A stretch of 64,000 nucleotides of DNA from Leptogorgia sarmentosa. Its lineage: Eukaryota. The notes beneath the pieces are model-generated. The model was given only the letters and a program-made list of their open reading frames with translations, was not told the DNA's origin and searched no databases. This document shows positions 12,948 to 23,851 of this stretch, in pieces. Within the stretch, counting starts at the first letter, position 1. Every line of letters starts with the position of its first letter. The DNA lies in the NCBI GenBank assembly GCA_964658305.1, contig OZ210884.1, positions 6,510,001 to 6,574,000 of the forward strand, given 5' to 3'. Both the position numbers and the translations under genes were made by a program.

Positions 12948-15900
12948 CTAACTGTAATTCTCCTTACCAAATTTTGCTCCTTTTTCACTGTGTCCATTCC
13001 TCTTCTCCAAGTTTCTTATGATATCCACAGCACCATCGCCATTCAGGTCAACAAATCTGACACCCAAATCCTTTCCGTTTGAGCTGGCGATTTCATAAGG
13101 CGACGCGAATTCATTGTCATTCTTCCACCCGCAGCCAGTATTGATCACAGCTCCTTTGTCGCCCGGTTTATTCCAAACCATGTCAGGCAAACTATCGCCG
13201 TTTAAATCAACGATTCTAACACTATTACCGCCATCATCGTCATTTCCAATGGGAACTGGTGGCGTGTACTCAGGTGTCCAAATCCAGCGATTTCCGTTGT
13301 TCATATAAGCGCCTTTTTGGGATTTCTGAAAGAAAATGGAGATGAATTAAAATAACCAGGTGATCTAAAAATACAAAAATTAATACTGTCAAATAGAAAT
13401 CCAGCATATCATATTAGAAAACATCATTACAAAGATTCGATGAGGGCATAATGGACCTTATGCATAATGACGTTTTCTTAGACTTCGTGACTACTAGTAC
13501 CAGCATGCTTCACGCGAACTACTACAAATACTCGCAAAGCATTCTGGTAGTCGTTGTCGCACGAGGCAACAAAACGTCATTACGCATAATTGAATAAAAG
13601 ATACGAATGAGTCAAAAATATTTTTTAATAATCCATTAAAAGAATGTAATACTTTTGAGCTGATTTTCCGATGATACACCAAATCATCTTTGCCATCAGC
13701 ATTGAGATCAACAAACTGTACTCCGAGATCTCCGCTACGCGAGAGGAAACTGTTTGGTGTTGCACACTTAGGACAAAGCACCCATTTTTGGCTATCACTG
13801 ATATATGATCCTTTTTGTACTCGGATATTACTTATCGTTCGGAGATATATTATGTCTGAACGGCCATCTCCGTTGAGGTCAGCAAATCTAACACCTAAAT
13901 CATCATATCTGTCCGCTGCGATGGGATATGGTGGCGTAAATTTTGGTGCTGCTTTCCATCCGCTTCCTATTAAGCGAGAAAAAAAATAGGATGGGATTGT
14001 TCTCGTTGCCACCACCTGTTACCGGTACATGAATGAAAGGAGTCATTTTCTCGAAAGTGAAAATAATCGTCAGTTCTTTTGTGGGCAACTAGTTGCCAAT
14101 AGAAAGCCATTCTCAATATGGTCTTTGTGACACTTTTAATGCTCGGGTAAACAGGGTTTCTTCTCTGTAATTGCAGTTAGGATGTTGCGCCATTATTGAG
14201 CTGTCCCATCTCCCATGCGAAACAGAATAAGCATCCCAATATATTCTCCCATGCAGCAATTGAAGCATATCAAGGTGATTTAGGCTTCAATGATATACAG
14301 AATTAAACAAGTTTTTACTTGTTTATAAAGTTTGTAGTATACACTACGTAATTTTACTGTCGCAAGACTTATTATTACACATTATTGGCACAGATGAAGA
14401 TCCGGGCTTATGGATCGAAAGCTTTGCTATAATAAACTACAAACTACAAACTTTATAAATATTATGTTTACCATGCAAACATTGAAGAAAACGTTGTTAC
14501 TGGTTAATGTTAACTTTAATGTTAATGTTAGTGCAAATATTAAGTAACAATAAATTCAATAATTACCTTGACCAGGAAGGATGGGTCAATGTGGTTTGAG
14601 TGATTGAAATCATTTAATTATTTGTCTACATGTTTTTGCTCTCAAGTACTTTGTACATACCTGTGTTGATGAAAGCTCCTTTTTGTTGGTACTTGTTATT
14701 TAAATGTCGATGAAACACAAAATCAACCAAACCGTCACCGTTAAGGTCAACAAATCTGGCACCCAAGTCCTTATGTTTATCAGCAGCGATAGGATATGGT
14801 GGAATATACTTTGGAGAAGATCTCCAGCCAGAGCCCGTATTGATGTATGCGCCTTTCACACTTTTTCTGCGATTTATCCACCTGTGGTACACCACATCAA
14901 TTCTCCCATCTCCATCTAGGTCAACAAACCTTGCCCCTAATCAAAACGAATAGTCATTGCGAAGAACATGATTAGTGAACATTCAATATCGTAGCCATAG
15001 ATTTGCGAAACTAGATTGATGATTATTGCAATATTGATAATGATTATCCGTTATCGTAATATTATGATTATTGGAACTATTGATCATTAATTAAAAATTT
15101 TTATTCATGTGTTGCTAAATTGCTAGCCAAATGTGAAGTAGCGCACTATGTTTCCCTGTACAAGAGTATAGTTTTTCTTTCGAAATGAGTAAAATGGACA
15201 TTATATACATCTTAATGCACTGACACACTGTATTAAAGTGTTATTAATATTATTAATTAGTACCTAGATCATTCATTTTGTCTGTAGCAAGAGGAAGTGG
15301 TGGAGCGAAGTTAGAATTTGGTATGAAAGCTCCCAAATGTGGATTGTTAATGTACGCTCCTTTAGTTGTTGTTTTACGGGTTGATAAGTGATACACAAAA
15401 TCCAAAAGCCCATCTCCATTCAAGTCGACAAATCTGGATGGTTCATACCCACGGCCCTTTTGAGAGTATATAGGAAATGGTAGACTTGAGTATCCAGCTG
15501 GTGCATCAGTCCATCTATCTGCACATTCAGAAAATAAAAATGATTTTTTTTGTTAGCCTATCTGGTGCCCATCACACAGCACGTCGTGTAGTAGTTATCC
15601 TTGCATGTGAATGAAGATGTCAAGATTTATTCTACTATATAACTGCATGAGTTTAAACTAATGGTAAAATAACACAACTTGAATAAGCGTTTTATATGCC
15701 CTTTTAAATTTCTTTTTTTGTTTGTAAACTATAGTGTTTGTAAATCCCGATAGCACAAAAATAATTTCTTACCAGTACAGTTTTTCGTGTTGGTTTTGCA
15801 TTTACACTCGCATTCACGCGTCTTTGGATCGTAAACTGGTTCTCCAGTTAGACACTCTAAACAGTTTAAAATTTAAAATTATAAAATTACGTAAAAATAT

Positions 15901-18900
15901 TTACTGGGGCGCTACACCCTCCCCTCGTACTGATGCAAATTTTAGAATGCCACATAATCAGTAGAGTGTAAGTCAACGTACAACTGTAATCTATCAATGT
16001 ATTTGTTGTATGAAAGTTTAGGTTAAGTGATCTGAAAACACGGAAAAGTACTGGCACTAGTACTGGTAAATCCGGCATAGACCAATTGCGAAGTCAACAA
16101 ATCTGGCACCCAAGTCGTTATTTTTATCAGCAGCGATTGGATATGGTGGAATATACTAAATTTTAGAATGCCACATAATCAGTAGAGTGTAAGTCATTAT
16201 CAATTAATTACATCTTGCAATTTACCAAGCTGGAATTACTCTTTTGAAGCAAATATCTCATTTGCTTAGGGTTATTTATAGCAAGTAATAACAATGGTTT
16301 TACCTTTCCATGCACAAAGCGACATTGTTGGTATTTCTGCACATGAAGGCCGAGGTTGGTTAATCGATGACCGAAATGCATTTTTTTGAATAGAAACTAT
16401 TTCCTTTAGATTGTCACAGAAAATTCGGGAGATGCTGGTTTTCTTTATTTCTTGTACTTGACGTGGAGAGAAAATTCCTTTGTTTTCATAGAAAAATCGA
16501 TCTCCGTCCCTCGCACGTCTGAACTGTTCGCCCACAACACAACGTAATGTTGGCCCAACAACTCCACCGTCAGACGGCGTCTCAGCAATGCCGGCAACCC
16601 ACAATTCAACAAGATTGGGATCATCATCGTACAGTTCTTTCAAAACACGTCTGTTTTCTGGATCCTGTATTTCATTCAACGTATCATCAAAAGTTTTTGC
16701 ATTCTCAAGTTTGCAGAACTTCCTGTATGTGTTATAGCCTGGCAGACCGTGATCACGTGAGCGTTGGATGTTCAGTGCAGCCAGATTCTCGCCATGCGTG
16801 TTTCCACGTTGAAACAAATGCTCCGTAATTTCCTTGGTTAGATGAATGTCCACTTTCTCGGAAACGTTGCCAACCAATCCAAAGAGTAGTGGTTCGACAC
16901 CTAGGGAATTCACAGTGGTACTGTTGAAGAACAGAAATCTGAGTTGTACAGCTGGTGCTATCGGATCGAAATTGCTATCCAGTAAATCAAACTTTGATCT
17001 GATCATACTGTGGCCAAATCTGTAAGCAAGAGTGAAAGCATTGATAATGCCTGGGTTAACATCTTCGTTGTGGCCTGAATAAGGAGGAAGAGCATCTGGG
17101 CCGAGAAGAATTGGTAGGTAATCCTCGTAGATAATTTTCTGCAATACGCCTCCAATAATCTTTCTGGTTTCTTGATAAATTTTTTCCCCATTCCAGTGTT
17201 GGTTCAACTTTCTTAAGATTTTGGCAACGCGATTATGTTCACGCATGAACAAAGTGTGAAATGCCGTCAATCCTTGTTGGTCATTTGCACGGATATCACC
17301 GGCCAAGAAGCACGCCTGTACGCAGGCAGATGCCTTACAGCTTGTATCTAAGGGCAGCAAATCTCCTTCTGATGTACGCAACAGACCTTCGTCATCTAAA
17401 GAAAAGAAATCGTTGATACAGATTGTTCAATTGCGGGCTCGTTTAGCTAAATTTATTTCCTTCATTCGAGGAGGACTGTCTTTTTTTTTCTTTGTTAACA
17501 AGTAAACTGTATTATCTTCAGGCTGATACTGAACATCTCTACTTAAAGTCAATGATACCTATTGAAACAATTAGATCACGAGCTCAAGGTTTATTTGTGG
17601 AGATAGTCAATGAAAGCGAACCGGAGATCAAACATAAGCAAGAGGACGTTTTCTTCACAAAATTCGTAAGGAAAATTATTGTTTTGCTACTCGCTATCTA
17701 TCAAGGAAATTATAGTGAATGCCATAGCCAACCATTTCTAATAATATACTACTATGTATGTACTATTGCGGAATGTCCATATTTTTATGGTAAAAGTTTG
17801 CCTATTTTACCTGAGAAACGATAAACTATTTCATCATCCAGTAAATACTGCCCAGTCCATCCTGTTGTTACACTTGACACTCCATCGCGCAGGAATTTCC
17901 ACTCTGTGCCGTAAAGATTACTGGAACTTACACCCTCACGTTGATATAACTTCTCTTCAGCGTCAACAGCATAAACATCACCGTTTCCACCAACTTCTAT
18001 TTGGGTCATGTTACCGTCAATAGCCACCTTCAGAGAGAAACAATGTTTGATTGTTCATTTGTTTGAACACCCTGTTGTAGTACAAAATCATTCAGCTATG
18101 TGACCTTAAAGCTGCGTTATGACATCGATTCCCTTAACTATTAGTCCTCCAGGACCCTATATCTTCATAACACCATATAGGGATTAATCAAACAACGTTT
18201 TAACGTTATTATAGGTAATATATCAAAAGATCAAGTTACATACCCAACTTGTTCCAGCGCAATTTTTAGGTGAAACCCCCTCACGATAGAATACACGGTT
18301 ACCAGGACTTACGCCCCAGCATCCCAAGGCTCCACAACTGAAGTATTTCAAATGACCTCTCACAAGATTCCATCTTTTCCCAGTGAGACAGTAGACGTCA
18401 TTATCCTCTGTTACCCCTACGACAATCCCTTTTGGCCCAGAATCAACCTGTGTCAGTTCAACTCCTGCAATTTTTTCCCATTTTCCCGAAGCATCCAAAT
18501 TAAAGACGTTATTGTCTTCATCCACGCCCCATACACCTAAAATTAAATCAGCGATAAAATATAATTGTATCCTAGGCAGCCCCGACATTATCCAATACAG
18601 ATTTTTTTGTCATCAGAATATTTAAGGATAACTGTCACGCTATAGTACTGCGAGCTCAATTTGCTGTATTGGTTCTGAGACATTACCATAAAATGTTTTT
18701 ATAACCAATCTTATGACAAGGCAATCCTTTATGAAACTTTTGATTATTTATTTTCATTTTCTTATTTTTGACAAAATCAAAACAGAAAGTACGCTATAAC
18801 AACTAAAGGCCCGTGAACCAGGGATACGGAGCAGGCTGGCTCGCTGGGCTTAGCCCCACCAATATTTTTTCCGCAGATAGAAGTTCTTATATATTTGAAC

Positions 18901-21900
18901 TGGCTCAACAAAAACGTGTCTATTATTCCCCGATCAGCGTGAATTTTAGAAGCAATTGCAGCCATTTCACAGGCCTAAATTTCAACATTTTATCGGGGCA
19001 TGCCCCCAGACAGCCCGATGGCTCGCGTAAGCCCCACCAATCCCCAAAATGCTCCGCGTCCCTGGGTATGATAGTTTCCCTTAAGTTGGCTTACCAGATC
19101 CACCAGCGCTAACGTGGCTGAGTGGGAAATTCGCATTTTTCCATTGTCTGTCTGGTCCCAAACGGAATGTTGCACCATTTTCACCAACTGCCCAGACGTC
19201 ACTGGTCATTCCTGTATCAATTTGTTTCATACGCGGTCCATCAATCTCAATCCACCGTTCTATGGTTGAAAATGGTGAAATGGTCAATAGAATTACATTA
19301 CATCGGACAAAAATGGAAAAGAAGAAAACTGAATATTAGATTCCCTTTTTTTCCTTTTCTTTTAATCAAATACGTCAAAATGAAATTTCAGATTCTACTA
19401 CTGAGACTATAAAAATGTGCTGGAAAATAATAGGCCGGGATTTCTTCATGACTGAGAGGTGAAATTGCCCCACCTTGGAAAATACATATGCATTAATTCG
19501 TCATAAAAATTTACTGATTCGTAAGAATATTAACATGGTGGCTGTATGTAAAGGCGGCAAGTTGACCGGAATAAGCCTTACCTTTCTTGTCTCTGAGACT
19601 GTCACCTTGTTTTTTTGATGACCCATAAATATTGCTCGCGTCAATCACCGCCGTTACGTCATTGATCTGTTGTCTTTCTTTGGGATACCCTTCGCGTTGA
19701 CAAATCGCAGCTGATCTTATCATTTTTATGCAGGGCTGTTGACTACCCTCTATGGGTTGAATAGGATAACATGGAGCGTCATAGTTATTTTCGGATCCAT
19801 CACACCTGAAAATAATAGCACAGGTTGGTCCTATTCCCAGTTTTGGCATCAGTTAAAAAACATGAAATTGTGAAGAAGAAAACAAACAACAGTTTCTCAA
19901 GTGAACGTAGACAATTGAAAAATCGCAGTGTATAGTATGGGTACATTTTGTATTTGTACAAGCAAAATACGTACGTTATTGCCAAGCACGCTGAACCGCC
20001 TATTTCTTCAGCAGATAATGTGAAATCGTGATCCAGGAACTGTCCTAGTTGCATCATTAGTGGAGTAAGCTGCGCGTCTGAAGATGAAGCTACCTCGTCT
20101 TTTATAAAATTATTAGTAACTTTAAACGGCGAGGGGAGGGGAGGCGGGCTTGGTTGATTAGGAAAACCTACAGGATCATTAAGACCATCGGCATCATAGT
20201 ATACCTATAAAAAAGAAAAGAAAATCATATTGCATATCACGCTGACTTAATTACTGTAGTTGTGACTACCACTGAGTATTTTCATGAAATACAGGACAAT
20301 GGACACTCCAAAAAGGCTTTTCATTTTGAAAAACTTTATTCTACGTATCGATTAACTTCTAAACGTAGAATAAAGTTTTTTTCAAAGTGAAAAGCCTATT
20401 TGGAGTGTCCATTGTCCTGTAATTACTGTAGGTTTACTTATTTAGCTGAATATGAGTTCACAGCTAGCTTTAACCCTCCCCCAATCCATGTTGTACTCTG
20501 TGAAGTAAATTAATACTCACTGCTGGTTCGAGTCGCACGAGAGCTGTCCCTGTTCCTCCAGCAACTGGTTGCTTCAGGTTGCTACATTTGCCATCAAACC
20601 GACGGTATATTGGCTTCTTCTGGCACGTTACAGGCGTTGTAGCGATTGTACAGGAAGCTTCCTTGTCCAGGCTCGTGATCACTGCACTTGAAAAGAGTTC
20701 TTTTGTTCGTAGAAATGCAAAGACGGCACCTTCCTCAAAATCTTCCTCTAATGGTGAAATAATGACAAAACTATACTTAACGAGACAGATTAGAGTCGTG
20801 CCTTGTGCGCATGTGGCAAAAATGTAAACAAGGGTGGACCACACGTCAGTTTGGCAGCCTTTCCCCAATTGGAAACATCGAACTTGCAGGATTTACAGCA
20901 GCTTACATGAATTGTAAATCGTTTAAATGCTGGTCCTTGTAGTAAAAACTATTAGTAAATCGTGTATTTAGAGATACACGAAAGGATAAAGTGCATTTGT
21001 ATAAACAATGGCTGTGTATCGCGCAAGAGACTGTAAGTACGTCCCGTTTAAATATGAGTAAAAACATTTGGTTCAATTTCCATATTAGCATTCCCAAAAC
21101 TTAACCTGTAATCCTGACGCAAGCCCGAAGCTTCAATCATCTTCAAAGCTTCAAAGTGAAATGAAATAAATATTGTGTCTGTAACGCGTTAGTAACTTTT
21201 ACATTATGTTTTCCGTGAACTATATATAATGTTATTTTTTTTTTCTTGCCAACCTGAGCAGGATCGAATAAAACATGTGAAGGAATATGATCATGACATT
21301 GCTAGTTTTTGGTCACGGTATACTGCAGAACTTGCAAACAAACCCAAACTAAAGCGAAAAGTTTGGCTTGAAATTAACTTTATCTTCACTGTAACCTACC
21401 ATACTGCTGAATAATAGTTTGATGTATTAATTGTATTGCCCTTTCCACAATAGTTTCAGCTTCAGATATTCCATCGACAGGGTCACCTTCTGCTACTTGT
21501 AACAATAAAACATCCAATGCAGCTGGTACAAAAACCGATGGTGCTGGTATTTTCTTATCTTTTTCAAGACTTCTCCGTACTGCATTTATAGCGTCAGTGG
21601 CAAACTGATCGCCGTAATTCAAAGCTAGTACAAATATTTGTACGCTGGCAGTCACTGTCTTACTCTGAAAAGTGGCTTTGATTTCGAATTCAAAATCGTG
21701 AACCTCAGCGCTGTCTACGAGAATTTCGAGTTGTCCTGACTGTGAATCGATATGCACCTTTTGCGAAGCCCCAGAAAGACTGTAAATTGTTCCGGTAGGT
21801 GCATTTTCAACAACAATTTTCCCAATTCCACCTTTAGGGTAGTCATGTGTTAAAATTATTGCGTATTCGTCGCTGGCGAATTCTTGACCTATACGATGTA

Positions 21901-22468
21901 ATATCAAATGGATTAATTAAACTTACATGAATACTCGTTACAAGTTGCCCACTGATAACGCTGCAGGTTAAGTTTCTAAGTGTGTTTAAAGCCTGTTTTC
22001 CACTAAGCGAATCTATTTGCGCCAACAGAGAAAAAAGCAACATGATTGGCTGGCGACAAACACTGACGCCACCATCACCCAATCACATTCGTCGTTTGCT
22101 TAGACGCGCGAAAAAAAATCGCCAAGTGGAAAACGTGTTTAAGGTGAAATATGCTGACAGCATAGGCGTCTGTCGTCAAACGACCTCGTACCGAGTGCAT
22201 TTTGCATTCTAAAGATTTTGGTTCGCGAAACGAAACGCGTTGCCATCAATGTGCAGATTAGGAACCAGCGGGAACCACATATCCACAGTGTAAACAGAAA
22301 CCGTGCACGCACTTTTAAAGTGTAGCACATAATGCAAGTCTGTCTGCATTACAGTCTTATTTCGTTTGGAATTGTCTTGATTTGGCAGAAAACACTTTCA
22401 GAGAAATAAATCTTACCTTCAACTTTGACGAAAAGTAAAAGTAAAAAAATTGCATGCAAAATCTTCAT
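12948..22468 (-). CDS. Gene B: secreted animal haem peroxidase (peroxidase-cyclooxygenase superfamily) with cadherin-like N-terminus, in-domain tectonin propeller and C-terminal 7x FG-GAP-like repeats, about 1431 aa
   Basis: 14 GT-AG exons: 22468-22417 (signal peptide MKILHAIFLLLLFVKVE), 21888-21400, 20747-20521, 20204-19975 (QLGQFLDHD), 19805-19582, 19259-19095, 18536-18244, 18027-17811 (these three are tectonin), 17395-16304 (AGDIRAND, REHNR, YRFGHS, LNIQRSRDHGLPGY, RDGDRFFYEN), 15856-15773 (CECKC), 15518-15264, 14936-14661, 13966-13653, 13325-12948. Sum 4296 nt, in frame. A possible donor at 12967 could add a short last exon. Confidence 0.92.
14388..14427 (+). ncRNA. Minimal type I hammerhead ribozyme remnant (core CAGAUGA instead of CUGAUGA)
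   Basis: GCA-CAGATGA-A-GATCC(gggcttat)GGATC-GAAAG-CTT-TGC; flanked by inverted repeat tttataaagtttgtagt / actacaaactttataaa. Confidence 0.55.
16304..17395 (-). CDS. Gene B exon 9: C-terminal two thirds of the haem peroxidase domain
   Basis: 369-aa ORF in the track, with distal Arg (GDIRA), proximal His (RFGH) and Asn (LNIQR) motifs. Confidence 0.97.
20292..20419. mobile_element. Palindromic Tc1/mariner-type MITE
   Basis: TA flanks; near-perfect hairpin CAGGACAATGGACACTCCAAA...TTTGGAGTGTCCATTGTCCTG. Confidence 0.85.
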
Positions 22469-23813
22469 CTTGATGACAGAGGGATCTAAACATATGATAT
22501 CACAGCGAAATGTTACTGATTATGCACTTCTTGAAAACTACATAGGGCAGATTTTGATGATTTCTATTTTTACACGTATCGTATTCCAATTCTAACCAAA
22601 ATCTTAATCTTAATCCCAATCTTGTCCCTAAATCCTAACACTAATCTTAACGTTAAACCGAGTCCTAATCCCAATGTGACCTTTATGCCCACCCTTTTGG
22701 TAGATGTGAAATGATCTAAAAATAGTAATAGCATCTAAATCGTGACTCATATATGACATTCTCAGGACTGATCTGTCTGATAAGAACTCTCTCAGAATAC
22801 TCACTGGCTATAAATTCATTAGCTTCATCAATTCTTTAAAGAATACTTAAATCTCATGCAAAATTCATTATATGGGTCATTAAACGCTCTTGAGCAATTT
22901 TTTCTTTATGAAGTATGTCATTAAAATCCTAACGCTGTGAGCAAAACAACGCAAGCGATCTATTTCATGTAAACATAAAAATGTTCTGCTGAAGATTGTT
23001 CCATTGGGGGTGGGGGGGGGGGGGGCGGCCCCCTGGCCCCCCGGCCCCCCGGCCCCCCGGTTCCTACGTGCCTGTTCAAATACATCTTTTTGGTTTCGAT
23101 ATTGCTTGTATATCAACCCCAAATGTTGATACCAAAGATCTCTCTACTAGAGCCGTCGGAATTTTCTCACCTTTCAACAAATTATGCTAAATTATTCAAC
23201 ACATTAAAACCTTACACGGCTATTCATGGTCATTAGCGGGAAACTTAAATCGATTAACCATCCCGATTTATTGCTATGTTGTATTGTTTAGCGTAAGCTA
23301 TTGTGATGGCCATTATTCTCGTGCTTTAAGAAAACGCTACTTTTCCATATTTCAAAAACACCAAGCTGCGACAGGTATTATTATATTGAGGATTTCATAG
23401 CTCGTGCAAATTTCAAATAGTAATGATCCTTCCCTATAGATCATGAACTATTGCTTAAATACTTAAATTTCTTTCAGATTTACAAAATATTATGGGCTTT
23501 TATTTTCATAATTTCAACATTGAAATTTGATTTTGAACGCCTCTTTTACATATTTAGTTTCATCCTAGTAATTCTAAGTTAACACTCTGAAAGCAATTGC
23601 ATTTTGATACATCATTTGAAAAATAGGCAGAAAGATTTTTGTGTAAACCATCGCACGCTTAATTATAACTCCGTGCACTTGCAAACGTGAGCACCAACTT
23701 CATGCCTACTTGGATAAAAATGGTTGTGAAATTCATGAATCTTCACGCTTGTTTTCATTTTCATGTTCTTTTAAAACAGCATGTGCATTCACTTACATAG
23801 TCATCATTTAGTC

Positions 23814-23851
23814 ATTCCTGATGATGACTAAATAAAGTCGAAACGTTGAAT
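23814..23851 (+). ncRNA. Minimal type I hammerhead ribozyme with intact core (Penelope-like element remnant)
   Basis: ATTC-CTGATGA-T-GACT(aaataa)AGTC-GAAAC-GTT-GAAT: stem I ATTC/GAAT, stem II GACT/AGTC, palindromic AACGTT at stem III, GUU cleavage triplet. Confidence 0.75.

Noticed and set aside
12948..15518. Bacterial contamination explaining the FG-GAP repeats
   Set aside because: The repeats are split by GT-AG introns and are in frame with the animal peroxidase exons.
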